Under the pieces are notes generated by a model. It did no database searches, was not told where the DNA came from, and saw only the letters and a list, made by a program, of their open reading frames with translations. The translations under genes were made by a program, and so were the position numbers. Shown one piece after another: positions 1-9,366 of a DNA stretch of 64,000 bases (position 1 is its first letter; every line of letters begins with the position of its first letter). The stretch comes from Flavobacteriales bacterium (lineage in GTDB: Bacteria > Bacteroidota > Bacteroidia > Flavobacteriales_D > Sanyastnellaceae), in NCBI GenBank assembly GCA_044371675.1, contig JBILTF010000002.1:5962-69961 (forward strand), in the 5' to 3' direction.

Positions 1-254
1 TTTCGAACGCATAACGCTCCTCCGCTTAATCCGGTTTGAGCACCGATGGCAGTGACCGGAATCCGTTGTGCGTTACAATGTTTTAATATAAGCGCGACCT
101 CTTCTCTATTAGCCGGTTTCAGAACTACGTCGGAAGGAAAGCTTAAATTCTCCGTTTCGTCCTTGCCGTATTTCAAGCGCGTCTCTTCGTCCGTAAAAAC
201 GTGCTCTTGACCAATAGTCAATTCAAAAAAATCTATATCCGAACGAGTTATCAT
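1..254 (-). CDS. FAD-binding (PCMH-type) oxidoreductase, GlcD / D-lactate dehydrogenase-like, N-terminal 84 codons only (gene continues past window start)
   Basis: Not in the ORF track because there is no stop in the window. My reverse-strand translation from the ATG at 252-254 is MITRSDIDFFELTIGQEHVFTDEETRLKYGKDETENLSFPSDVVLKPANREEVALILKHCNAQRIPVTAIGAQTGLSGGA. This is the usual N-terminus and FAD-binding start of glycolate-oxidase-type flavoenzymes. Confidence 0.6.
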   Translation of the reverse strand, partial: MITRSDIDFFELTIGQEHVFTDEETRLKYGKDETENLSFPSDVVLKPANREEVALILKHCNAQRIPVTAIGAQTGLSGGALCVR

Positions 255-425
255 TTTCTTTTCTTTATTTCACAAATCTCAGTGAATACTGCGCTTTCAT
301 TACGAAAATTTACAATGGTCTTTCAACAAAATAATTCACTTTTTAACAATACACATATTATTGTACTGATTTTGCATTTGAGAGGAAGAAATCTTTTTAT
401 ATTGGTCGAAACAAAAATTAGAATT

Positions 426-710
426 ATGAAAAAATTTATGATCCCAGCAGTTGCTCTTGCAATGTTCATGGCATCTTGCGGTGGTGTAAAGTCGGATGCG
501 AAGACTATCTGTGATATGATGAACAAAATGGTTGAAGCTCAAAAGGCAAACGACACAGCTAAAATTGAAGCTCTTCAAAAAGAGTATGAGCCTCAAATGG
601 ACGACTTGCAAAAGAAATATCCAAAAGGAAGCGAAGAAGAAAAAGAGTTAGAAGCTCTTGTGAAGCCATGTATGGAAGAAGCAATGAAAGCTGCAATGGG
701 AGGAAACTAA
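426..710 (+). CDS. small secreted lipoprotein, unknown function
   Basis: The in-frame ATG at 426 inside track ORF 201..710 gives MKKFMIPAVALAMFMASCGG (signal peptide plus lipobox Cys), followed by a Lys/Glu-rich helical region. The GTG at 201 would add a non-secretory leader. Confidence 0.6.
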   Translation: MKKFMIPAVALAMFMASCGGVKSDAKTICDMMNKMVEAQKANDTAKIEALQKEYEPQMDDLQKKYPKGSEEEKELEALVKPCMEEAMKAAMGGN

Positions 711-730
711 TTTCTCCTCTTCTTTAAAAT

Positions 731-762
731 AAAAAAAGGTCTCGAGTGAGACCTTTTTTTTT
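731..762. terminator. bidirectional rho-independent terminator between convergent genes
   Basis: A7 tract, GGTCTC stem (738-743), GAGT loop, GAGACC stem (748-753), then a T9 tract. Confidence 0.75.
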
Positions 763-1672
763 ATTTCTTATCGTTTATAATGATATTTCCTGTTGGAAGT
801 TTAACCTCATTAGCATTGTCATAAATAACTTCAGCAGTAACACTTGAAAATTCAGAGCCCAATAGCTTCCATCCCTCCGCATTCAATTCCCAAGAATCTA
901 TTTTCGCATAATCATTCCCCTTGGAACTTAAAGCAACCAATTGAACTTCCACCTTTCCTCCCTTGTTAAAGAAAAACAACGATTTCATAGGCATCTTATC
1001 GTCAATGGGAGGAGCTTCTTTTATCTCATTATTCGTTGAAGGTGGCTCTGGGAAATACAATTCCTGCAGTTTAACTATTTCTTCCTGACTGAAATTTAGT
1101 GATCTCACCAACTGAGGGGACTCATATTTTCCTGAGTAGTAACTGAGCAATGCTTTGTATTCCGGGGTGAGTGTATTAATAAAAAGCTGATCTATGATGA
1201 GTTCATTCGCATTCACCAATTGGTATACGATTGACTTGTTGTTAGACCACATTTTCATGCGATTCTTCAATATTGCGGAGCCGGAAATACTTACCACTTT
1301 TGTTGAACGATTCATGTAAGTGACTCCTCCTTCTAAATTCATTTCCAATAAATCAGCTGATTTGATCTGAATAGCAAATGTGTTCGTGCTGTCAGCACAT
1401 TTCAAATTCAAAACATCCCAATTCTCGTTTGGATTGTAATTTCCTAAATAGGTTTTCGCATCTCCACCAAGAACGCGGGTTCTTAAATAGAAGCTGCTGT
1501 CGGCATACAAAGCCAATGAATAAATAGTTCCAGAATTCTGATTCCATAACGTATCGTCGAAATCGCCAATTAACTCAGTACTTCTTGAAGGTACTGGAAC
1601 TTTCTTCTCCTCACATGAACTTAGCGCCAATGCAACAATACTGGCAAAAAGCAATCCTTTCATATTATTCAT
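761..1672 (-). CDS. lipoprotein, unknown function
   Basis: Track ORF 761..1696. An internal Met gives MNNMKGLLFASIVALALSSCEEKK (signal peptide plus lipobox). I recognise no family motif. Confidence 0.6.
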   Translation of the reverse strand: MNNMKGLLFASIVALALSSCEEKKVPVPSRSTELIGDFDDTLWNQNSGTIYSLALYADSSFYLRTRVLGGDAKTYLGNYNPNENWDVLNLKCADSTNTFAIQIKSADLLEMNLEGGVTYMNRSTKVVSISGSAILKNRMKMWSNNKSIVYQLVNANELIIDQLFINTLTPEYKALLSYYSGKYESPQLVRSLNFSQEEIVKLQELYFPEPPSTNNEIKEAPPIDDKMPMKSLFFFNKGGKVEVQLVALSSKGNDYAKIDSWELNAEGWKLLGSEFSSVTAEVIYDNANEVKLPTGNIIINDKK

Positions 1673-1738
1673 ATGCCAAAAGTAGACATTGTTCATATTT
1701 CCGCCAAGACTTTAAACGCTCAAAACTTATGTATTTCT

Positions 1739-1746
1739 TACTTTTG
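1739..1746 (+). promoter_or_regulatory. Bacteroidota -7 promoter box (TAnnTTTG)
   Basis: TACTTTTG ends 5 nt before the ATG at 1752, which would imply a leaderless or near-leaderless mRNA. Confidence 0.35.
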
Positions 1747-1751
1747 CAACT

Positions 1752-2936
1752 ATGGAAGAGGCACAGATAGACGTTTTTAATTTCGATCCCATTCGTCCTT
1801 ATAACGACGAAGAATTAAAAGCTGCCATCGAACGCATTTTAGAAGTCCCTGAATTTTATAAAATGCTCAAGTGGGTTTTTCCTGGATTAAGTCGTTCAGC
1901 AATTCAAAAAATGCTTCGTCAGGTGACTACTGTTGATGAATTTCAGTCGGAAATATCAGGTCCTGCTTTCAAGATGGCCATTCAAACAACAACAAGTGGA
2001 TTGTCTTTTACCAACTTCGAATCGTTAGATAAAACAAAACCATACCTCTTCTTAAGCAATCACCGCGACATTATTCTCGACAGTGCAATATTGAATGTGA
2101 GTTTGCTTGAACAAGGCCACAAGACTACGCAGATAGCTATTGGCGACAATCTACTGCGTCAGAAAGTGGTTGAAGACATCGTTCGTTCCAACAAGAACTT
2201 CATTGTGAATCGAAATGTAAACGCGAAAGAAATGTTCTATTACAGCCTTCGCCTTTCCAATTACATTCGTCATACTTTAACTACCGATCAGACTTCAATT
2301 TGGATAGCCCAACGTGAAGGAAGAAGTAAAGACGGAGATGACAGAACAGCGACCGGGTTGTTGAAGATGTTCGCAATGAGTTCCGATAACATTGAAGACG
2401 GCTTGCAGGCGTTGAGCATGATTCCTATGGCCGTGAGCTATGAATACGATCCCTGTGATATGATGAAGACGAATGAGCTCATGCATTTAAAAGTGCTTGG
2501 TTCTTACGAAAAAAAATCGGGAGAGGATTTTCTTTCCATGTTGAAAGGAATCACAGGACATAAAGGACGTGTGAATATTTCTATGGGCAATTCAATGAAT
2601 GAACACATTGAACACATGCGTATCATTCAAAATAAAAACGAGAAGTATCGTTATTTAACGCATGCCATAGACAATGAGATGCACCGTATTTTTCATCTTT
2701 GGCCTACGAATTACATTGCTTACGATTTATTGAATGGGACGAAAGAGTACAAAGACCACTATTCGCAAATTCAGAAAATTGCTTTCAGCAATTACATTCG
2801 AGGCAATACCTTCAAATTAAGTCTACATCGCAAAAAGACGAACCTTCCGAAAGAGAATTTCACGCAGATCGCGCGTGACATTATGCTTCAGATGTATGCG
2901 AATCCGGTGATAAATTTTCGGAATCTGTCGGCTTAA
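1752..2936 (+). CDS. PlsC-family glycerolipid acyltransferase with long C-terminal extension
   Basis: 394 aa. Contains an acyltransferase block LFLSNHRDIILDS and a downstream WIAQREGRSKDGDD block typical of lysophospholipid acyltransferases. Confidence 0.75.
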   Translation: MEEAQIDVFNFDPIRPYNDEELKAAIERILEVPEFYKMLKWVFPGLSRSAIQKMLRQVTTVDEFQSEISGPAFKMAIQTTTSGLSFTNFESLDKTKPYLFLSNHRDIILDSAILNVSLLEQGHKTTQIAIGDNLLRQKVVEDIVRSNKNFIVNRNVNAKEMFYYSLRLSNYIRHTLTTDQTSIWIAQREGRSKDGDDRTATGLLKMFAMSSDNIEDGLQALSMIPMAVSYEYDPCDMMKTNELMHLKVLGSYEKKSGEDFLSMLKGITGHKGRVNISMGNSMNEHIEHMRIIQNKNEKYRYLTHAIDNEMHRIFHLWPTNYIAYDLLNGTKEYKDHYSQIQKIAFSNYIRGNTFKLSLHRKKTNLPKENFTQIARDIMLQMYANPVINFRNLSA

Positions 2937-4092
2937 CTTCAAATCGTTCGTTACGCTTTCCTCTGAATAAATCTATTCCGCGAAGCTCGCATTCCAACTT
3001 TCCATTCATCAATTTTACTTTGCGCTTCTGGCGAAGGCCAATGGCATGCAATGCTTGCAGATCTGAAGAGATGATCCAAGCCGTGGAACCTGAATAGCGG
3101 TGCTTGAAAACGGAGCCAATTTCAGAATAAATTTTTTCCAGTTCTTCAATCTCCATCCGTTCGCCATATGGTGGATTCAAAACCACTAACCCCGGAACTT
3201 CAGGAACACTGTCTTCACTGAAGAAATCTGATTTTTCAAATCGAATGGCATCGTTGAACGGAAGGTTCTTTCCGTTTTTACGTGCTACATTCAATTGATC
3301 GTAATCAATGTCGGAAGCAACTATGGTTAACTCTTTATTCTCGATCAATGCATTCGCATCGCCATGAACAGTCATCCAAAGAGCATCATCGAAATTCAAC
3401 CATGTTTGAAAATTGAATTTTGGATAAGCCTTTTGCGCCGGAATATTCAAAGCGGCATACGCTGCTTCGAAGGCAATAGTGCCCGAACCACAAAACGGAT
3501 TGTACAAAGGAGTCTCTCCCTTCCATCCGGTAATGGCAATAATACCTGCAGCCAACACTTCATTCATAGGAGCCTCTCCTCCATTCACGCGATAACCGCG
3601 TTGGTTGAGTGAACGTCCTGAACTGTCTAATGAAATCTGAACTTTTTCTTGATCGATGAGCAAATGTATTTGCACATCTGGACTTTCCGGATTCACATCT
3701 GGACGAGAACCGTAGACCTTTTTCAAACGATCAGCAATTGCATCTTTCACGCGGAGCGAAGGAAAATGCGAGTGCGTGAACATGGAAGAAGATACCTGAG
3801 GATCAATGGCAAACGTGGTGTCTGCATGCAGATATTCTTCCCATGGCATTTCATAAGCCTTGTTGTATAAATCGTCGACCTTTCGAATTTGAAATGAATG
3901 CAACGGGCAAAGCACGCGCAACGCAAGACGCGCACGGTAGTTTATTTTGTAAAGTGTTTCAAGGTCGCAATTTGCGCGAACCACTCTTCTACCCTCTTCT
4001 ACTTCGGTTGCGCCTAAGGCAATCATTTCTTGGGCCAGCAAGGGCTCAAGGCTCTGCATGGTCTTAACTACGATTGGAAATATTTTCTCCAT
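2881..4092 (-). CDS. THUMP-domain class I SAM-dependent RNA methyltransferase (RlmL/RlmK-like, UPF0020)
   Basis: The internal Met gives MEKIFPIVVKT. Contains NPPYGERM and a GSGT SAM-binding loop (PFCGSGTIAFEAA). I chose the ATG at 4090-4092 because the ORF-track start overlaps yciH. Confidence 0.85.
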   Translation of the reverse strand: MEKIFPIVVKTMQSLEPLLAQEMIALGATEVEEGRRVVRANCDLETLYKINYRARLALRVLCPLHSFQIRKVDDLYNKAYEMPWEEYLHADTTFAIDPQVSSSMFTHSHFPSLRVKDAIADRLKKVYGSRPDVNPESPDVQIHLLIDQEKVQISLDSSGRSLNQRGYRVNGGEAPMNEVLAAGIIAITGWKGETPLYNPFCGSGTIAFEAAYAALNIPAQKAYPKFNFQTWLNFDDALWMTVHGDANALIENKELTIVASDIDYDQLNVARKNGKNLPFNDAIRFEKSDFFSEDSVPEVPGLVVLNPPYGERMEIEELEKIYSEIGSVFKHRYSGSTAWIISSDLQALHAIGLRQKRKVKLMNGKLECELRGIDLFRGKRNERFEVKPTDSENLSPDSHTSEA

Positions 4093-4093
4093 T

Positions 4094-4438
4094 TTATCCT
4101 CCTGCTTTTTTAGCTGCATAACCCAAGTCCTGCAACAGTTTAATAATTTTTTCTCTGTGGTCGCCTTGAATTATGATCTCGCCGTCTTTCGCACTTCCAC
4201 CGGTACCACATTTGTTCTTCAGCACTTTCGCTAACTGTTCTATATCTTCTTCGTTACCGATGAAGTCTTTAATAACCGAGGCGGTCTTTCCACCACGGTG
4301 ATTCTTTTCCAACCAAACTTTTAATTTCTGTTCGTTGGGTGGAAGCGTCTCAACCGCTTCGTTTTCATTTTCTATGTTGAAGTTAGGATTCGTACTGAAT
4401 ACAAATCCACCTTCACTCTTGATGTTCTTCTTGCTCAT
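4094..4438 (-). CDS. yciH: translation initiation factor SUI1 / YciH family
   Basis: HRGGKTASVIKDF...KCGTGGSAKDGEIIIQGDHREKIIKLL is the SUI1 fold signature. The ATG is 2 codons inside the TTG-started track ORF. Confidence 0.9.
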   Translation of the reverse strand: MSKKNIKSEGGFVFSTNPNFNIENENEAVETLPPNEQKLKVWLEKNHRGGKTASVIKDFIGNEEDIEQLAKVLKNKCGTGGSAKDGEIIIQGDHREKIIKLLQDLGYAAKKAGG

Positions 4439-5027
4439 GTGCAATTGGAATAATTGATTTCTTTTTCAACTCTTCGTATTCCGATTGAATACGCAGAAAA
4501 GCTACAATGTCATAAAGTATGTGCGCTACAATGGCCGCAAGCAATCCTACGTATGCGCCTAAAATTCCCAGCACTGTTCCCACCGCAAATAAGATGAGTC
4601 CGAATATGACTTTCGGCCATGAACTGTAACTCATGTATCCGTGAAGCGCAATAAACATAAACGACGTAGTTAAAATTCCCAACCAAGGCTGAATCATTCC
4701 ACGAAACACAATCTCTTCTCCAACACCTGCGCAAAAACTCAAGAATAAAATTTCTTGAAAACTGAAATTGAAAATTCCCAATCGTAAAGTATAATCGAAA
4801 TTCACATCGTCGAGATATTTCCATTGCCCCATGAGCCACGTCATTCCACTTAACACAAATCCGCCTGCAACACCTATTCCTATCTGAAACAACAAACTCA
4901 TTTTCCCAATGATAACGGGGATCATAAATTCCGTTGCGTTGAAATAATAAAGAATGGAAACAATCACCAATGGAACGAGCACCGTAAGTAAACCCATACG
5001 CATAAACAATTCCCGACTCGGTTTCAT
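4413..5027 (-). CDS. CPBP family intramembrane glutamic endopeptidase (CAAX protease-like)
   Basis: Polytopic membrane protein with GVGEEIVFRG, a later HG, and a final H..YD motif. Start set at MKPSRELF. Confidence 0.8.
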   Translation of the reverse strand: MKPSRELFMRMGLLTVLVPLVIVSILYYFNATEFMIPVIIGKMSLLFQIGIGVAGGFVLSGMTWLMGQWKYLDDVNFDYTLRLGIFNFSFQEILFLSFCAGVGEEIVFRGMIQPWLGILTTSFMFIALHGYMSYSSWPKVIFGLILFAVGTVLGILGAYVGLLAAIVAHILYDIVAFLRIQSEYEELKKKSIIPIAHEQEEHQE

Positions 5028-5059
5028 AAATGCAAAGGTAAGCTTTGTAACTTCGCGCA

Positions 5060-5704
5060 ATGAATTTTATCTCATCTACTTTATTGGATTATTGCGAAAA
5101 ACACTCAGACGATGAATCTGAAATGTTGAAGGCGCTATCGGCTGAAACCTGGCAGAAGGTGATAAATCCGCGTATGCTAAGTGGACATTTGCAAGGACGG
5201 TTTTTAAGCCTGCTTTCGCAGTTGATTCAACCGAAGCGCATTTTAGAAATTGGAACTTTTACAGGGTATAGCGCTTTGTGCTTGGCCGATGGACTTCAAG
5301 AAGACGGAGAATTAATTACCATAGATGAGAACGATGAACTGAGTTGGTTGCACGTCAAGTATTTCCTTCAACATAAAAAAGGATCGCAAATAAAACCTAT
5401 TTATAAAGCAGCCCTGAACGCATTTGAAGATTTGGATGGAACATTCGACTTGGTCTTTATAGATGCAGATAAGCGGAATTACCTTCATTATTGGAATTGG
5501 ACAATGGAGCACGCTCATGCCGGAACGGTTATTCTTATAGACAATGTCCTCTGGAGCGGAAAGGTTCTGGAACCCGCTGTAGAAAAGGATTTCGACACAC
5601 AAGTTCTTCAAGAATTGAATGATTTAGTGGCGAAAGACAGCCGATGCGAGAAGGTACTTTTGCCGCTTCGCGACGGATTAATGATGATTCGGGTGAAAAA
5701 GTAG
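5060..5704 (+). CDS. class I SAM-dependent O-methyltransferase (caffeoyl-CoA OMT / Methyltransf_3 family)
   Basis: [19 protein letters not shown] loop and [13 protein letters not shown] block. Confidence 0.85.
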   Translation: MNFISSTLLDYCEKHSDDESEMLKALSAETWQKVINPRMLSGHLQGRFLSLLSQLIQPKRILEIGTFTGYSALCLADGLQEDGELITIDENDELSWLHVKYFLQHKKGSQIKPIYKAALNAFEDLDGTFDLVFIDADKRNYLHYWNWTMEHAHAGTVILIDNVLWSGKVLEPAVEKDFDTQVLQELNDLVAKDSRCEKVLLPLRDGLMMIRVKK

Positions 5705-5706
5705 AC

Positions 5707-5714
5707 TATCTTTG
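5707..5714 (+). promoter_or_regulatory. Bacteroidota -7 promoter box (TAnnTTTG)
   Basis: TATCTTTG lies about 70 nt upstream of the helicase ATG at 5784, implying a long 5' leader. Confidence 0.4.
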
Positions 5715-5783
5715 CGCCCGCAACAAGTTCCGTTGGCAGTTCAACTTAGAAATACGATTGGGAATTTGGCGACCACGTATTTT

Positions 5784-7124
5784 ATGTCATTTGAAAATTT
5801 AAACTTAATTGAGCCTATTCTTAGCGCTCTAAAAAAAGAAGGTTACACCACTCCCACTCCTATTCAAGAACAAGCCATTCCAATTTTGTTGGAAGGAAAT
5901 GATTTGTTAGGTTGTGCCCAAACGGGAACAGGAAAAACAGCGGCCTTCGCCATTCCAATTCTACAATTACTTACTCAGAATACCGGACACACCGGAAGCA
6001 AGCGCGCTATTCGTTCCTTAATTGTGACTCCAACGCGTGAGTTGGCTATTCAAATTGGAGAAAGCTTCGCGAGCTACGGCAGAAACTTGAATCTTCGTCA
6101 CACCGTTATTTTCGGTGGCGTGAATCAGTTCTCTCAAGTGAACGCGTTGAAAGCAGGTGTAGATATTCTTATTTGCACTCCAGGACGATTGTTAGACTTG
6201 GTGCAACAGCGTCATGTGAATCTCGGACAAATTCAAATGTTTGTTTTGGATGAAGCAGATCGCATGTTGGACATGGGATTCGTGAACGATGTGAAACGTA
6301 TTATTAAATTAATTCCTGAAAGAAGACAGTCTTTGTTCTTTTCGGCAACCATGCCGAAGACGATTCAAGAATTGGCGAATTCAATTTTAACGACTCCGAA
6401 AAAAGTTGAAGTGACTCCTGTTTCTTCCACCGTTGAAAAAATTGAGCAAGGCATTTACTTCGTAGATCAGGCGAACAAGAACGATTTGTTGATGCATGTC
6501 CTTCAAGATAAATCAATACGATCTGCTTTGGTTTTCACACGTACCAAGCACGGAGCCGATAAAGTAGTTAAGCTTTTACAAAAGTTTAGCATTAAGGCTG
6601 AAGCCATTCACGGAAACAAATCTCAGAATCACCGTCAGCGTGCGTTAAGCAATTTCAAAGGCGGAATCACACGCGTGCTTGTCGCTACAGACATTGCTGC
6701 ACGTGGTATTGACATTGATGAGTTGGCCTTCGTGGTAAACTTCGAAATTCCGAATATCCCTGAGACTTATGTTCACCGTATTGGAAGAACTGGTCGCGCG
6801 GGTGCATCTGGTAGAGCTGTTTCATTCTGCGATATTGAAGAGCGCGAATACTTGCGCGACATTCAAAAGTTGATTGGATTGGAAATTCCGGTTGTGAACG
6901 AGCATCCATATCCAGCATTGAACAAGCCTGCGCCAGGTGTTGCGCAAAAGCCACAAGGCAAGAAACCCTTTTCAAGATCAGGTGGCGGAAAGACACATCG
7001 TGGAAGTGGTTCTGGTAGCGGAAGTGGAAATGGTGGCGGAGGAAACAGACCGAAGACCGGCAGTGGTGGTGGATTTAAGCCACGCTTCTCTGGAAATCCC
7101 GATTCAAAAAGAAGACCGTCTTAA
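5784..7124 (+). CDS. rhlE: DEAD-box ATP-dependent RNA helicase with Gly/Ser-rich C-terminal tail
   Basis: MSFENLNL start with a Q-motif, [15 protein letters not shown] and [10 protein letters not shown]. The tail is [24 protein letters not shown]. Confidence 0.9.
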   Translation: MSFENLNLIEPILSALKKEGYTTPTPIQEQAIPILLEGNDLLGCAQTGTGKTAAFAIPILQLLTQNTGHTGSKRAIRSLIVTPTRELAIQIGESFASYGRNLNLRHTVIFGGVNQFSQVNALKAGVDILICTPGRLLDLVQQRHVNLGQIQMFVLDEADRMLDMGFVNDVKRIIKLIPERRQSLFFSATMPKTIQELANSILTTPKKVEVTPVSSTVEKIEQGIYFVDQANKNDLLMHVLQDKSIRSALVFTRTKHGADKVVKLLQKFSIKAEAIHGNKSQNHRQRALSNFKGGITRVLVATDIAARGIDIDELAFVVNFEIPNIPETYVHRIGRTGRAGASGRAVSFCDIEEREYLRDIQKLIGLEIPVVNEHPYPALNKPAPGVAQKPQGKKPFSRSGGGKTHRGSGSGSGSGNGGGGNRPKTGSGGGFKPRFSGNPDSKRRPS

Positions 7125-9304
7125 ACGCGTACCATCCAAACGTATTCGCGCATTTGTTTCCACCAGCTGAATTTCACGACCTCTTCAGGAGTGGATTTGA
7201 GTTGGTTGGAAAAGTTAGTGAGGACATCTTGGTAGTTTATTTTTTCTTCTTGAAATAAATTCAACTTCGTTTCATTTTCTATGAGGAAATCGGCTACTAC
7301 TGAAGGAAAGTCTATTTTTTGATATCCCGATTTATGCACGAAGAGGATCTCTTTGTTCGGACCGTTTTTCTTCAATTCCTTTAAAGACGTTTGATGAAGG
7401 AAGAGCACCATGCCTTTCAATTCTACTTCATCATCGGGCATTTTCTTGACAGACTTTTCAATGAGTGAGCGGTGAACCAATGGATTGACGATTGGAAATT
7501 TGAAGAATTTCTTCAACGGAAATTCGAAGCCAATGCCATGCATGTAGTTGTACAACGCCTTCTTCAGTCCTTCTGAATATTGCTCGTGGTTGGCTCCTTT
7601 CGGGTCTTCATGGAACAAGTCGTTGTTCGCGAAACCTTCGAAAACAGGGCCTGTGCGAATCACTCCGAATTTCTCGGGGTCTTTTCCAACGGGGCTGTGA
7701 ACGGTCATGGCGAACTGGTGCCAATGTCCCGAGTGAAGCAATTGGTTTTCGAATAATTGTCGAACCACTTCCAACGAATCGATGGTTTCTTGTTCGGTTT
7801 GCGTAGGGAAACCGAACATTAAGTAGGCATGGACTAAAATTCCAGCATCGCGGAAACCTTTGCAGACCTTGGCTACTTGATCTATGGAAATTCCTTTGTC
7901 GATCAACTCTAAAATTCTGGGACTCGCCACTTCTAAACCACCTGTTACGGCGATGCATCCGGAAGCTGCTAGAATTTTACAGAGATCGGGAGAGAATGTT
8001 TTTTCAAAACGAATGTTGGTCCACCAAGAGACTTGCAAGCCTCTGCGAAGAATTTCAATAGCTAGATCGCGCAATGCTGCTGGAGGCGCGGCTTCATCTA
8101 CGAAGTGAAATCCGGTTTCACCGGTCTCCGCAATGAGCGCTTCCATTTGATCTACTAAATGTGTTGCGCTGGCTTGGTCGTATCTTCCAATGTAATCGAG
8201 GGTAATGTCGCAGAAGCTGCATTTCTTCCAATAACATCCGTGAGCCACTGTCATCTTGTTCCAACGCCCGTCGTTCCACAAGCGGTGCATGGGGTTCGGC
8301 ATATCAATTACCGAGAGGTATTCATTGAAACGAAGACCGGTGTAGCTCGGTGCTGGTTTTTGAGCATGAAGGAAATCTCCTCCTACTTTAGTGTCAACGA
8401 ATTCAACTTCGTTGTTTGAATTTCTACGGAATGTTCTTTTCAGTTCCGGATGAACTTCTGCATCTTCAAGATGCTTCAACAGCGCTAGGAACGGCCCTTC
8501 CCCATCGTCGAGCGTAATGTAATCGACGAAGTCGAAAACGCGCGGGTCGGAGAGTTCGCGCAGTTCTGTATTCGGATATCCCCCACCCATTGCGATTTTC
8601 ACTTCCGGATAATGAGTCTTGATCCATTGTCCAGCTTTGAAAGCGCCGTATAAATTTCCACCAAAAGGAACAGTAAAACCCACCATGGAAGGCACTTCTT
8701 CTTGGAAGTACGTCTTTACCCTTTCCACCAAAATATCGTCGAGATAATTGTTGGGCTTGTTCAATTCTTCAAGAATTGGACTAAAGGATACTGCAGTTCT
8801 TGAGATGCGTTCTGCGTATTTCGAAAAACCGAAATGCGGACCCACGGTAGCTTGAATAAGATCTGAGATATCTTCCAAGTACATGGTGCACTTGTATCGC
8901 GCTTTGTCTTGTACCCCAATGTTTCCGAAGAACCATTCGAGGTCTTTTATTTGTTGAAATCTAGAGCCCTCAGGCAAATAGGACCCCGCTGCTATGCGGT
9001 ACCCGAGTGTGTAATTTTTATTTTGAAGGAATGAAATCACGGCATCTACGGTATTCTCGTAGGCCTTGCGATTTTTCACCAACGCATCGAGTTGATGAGT
9101 TAGGTTGAAGTTGGAATTCTCAATGGCGTTGAACAATAGTTCGAATCCCTTTTTCGAAAACACTTCCAATACCATGTCCAACCCTAAATCCTTTTGTCTT
9201 GAATCGAAAGCTTGTTGTTTCAAAAATCCGGTTAAATAAGCGGTGGCTGGATACGGAGTATTCAGTTGAGTTAGCGGGGGTATTATTAGCAGTGGTTTCG
9301 ACAC
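7121..9304 (-). CDS. B12-binding-domain radical SAM protein, unknown substrate
   Basis: 727 aa. Cluster region is [12 protein letters not shown] (C-x4-C-x2-C as read from the DNA), with a preceding Rossmann-like B12-type region (KIAMGGGYP). Confidence 0.75.
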   Translation of the reverse strand: MSKPLLIIPPLTQLNTPYPATAYLTGFLKQQAFDSRQKDLGLDMVLEVFSKKGFELLFNAIENSNFNLTHQLDALVKNRKAYENTVDAVISFLQNKNYTLGYRIAAGSYLPEGSRFQQIKDLEWFFGNIGVQDKARYKCTMYLEDISDLIQATVGPHFGFSKYAERISRTAVSFSPILEELNKPNNYLDDILVERVKTYFQEEVPSMVGFTVPFGGNLYGAFKAGQWIKTHYPEVKIAMGGGYPNTELRELSDPRVFDFVDYITLDDGEGPFLALLKHLEDAEVHPELKRTFRRNSNNEVEFVDTKVGGDFLHAQKPAPSYTGLRFNEYLSVIDMPNPMHRLWNDGRWNKMTVAHGCYWKKCSFCDITLDYIGRYDQASATHLVDQMEALIAETGETGFHFVDEAAPPAALRDLAIEILRRGLQVSWWTNIRFEKTFSPDLCKILAASGCIAVTGGLEVASPRILELIDKGISIDQVAKVCKGFRDAGILVHAYLMFGFPTQTEQETIDSLEVVRQLFENQLLHSGHWHQFAMTVHSPVGKDPEKFGVIRTGPVFEGFANNDLFHEDPKGANHEQYSEGLKKALYNYMHGIGFEFPLKKFFKFPIVNPLVHRSLIEKSVKKMPDDEVELKGMVLFLHQTSLKELKKNGPNKEILFVHKSGYQKIDFPSVVADFLIENETKLNLFQEEKINYQDVLTNFSNQLKSTPEEVVKFSWWKQMREYVWMVRV

Positions 9305-9320
9305 GAATGCAAAGAAACGA

Positions 9321-9346
9321 AAAAGAGCCGCGTGTGCGGCTCTTTT
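9321..9346 (-). terminator. rho-independent terminator after the 779-aa membrane protein gene
   Basis: GAGCCGC stem (9325-9331), GTGT loop, GCGGCTC stem (9336-9342). On the minus strand it is followed by a T-tract. Confidence 0.7.
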
Positions 9347-9366
9347 ATAAATTGAAAGTGATGAAC

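Noticed and set aside
201-425. N-terminal extensions given by the ORF track: 201 for the small lipoprotein, 27380 for Ppx, 42739 for CcoP, 45696 for the DsbD_2 protein, 46528 for the acylase, 53030 for the LTD protein, 60678 for the TonB receptor and 60732 for the TPR-like protein.
   Set aside because: In each case an internal Met immediately precedes a clean signal peptide or conserved N-terminus, and the extension overlaps an upstream gene or promoter. I used the internal starts.
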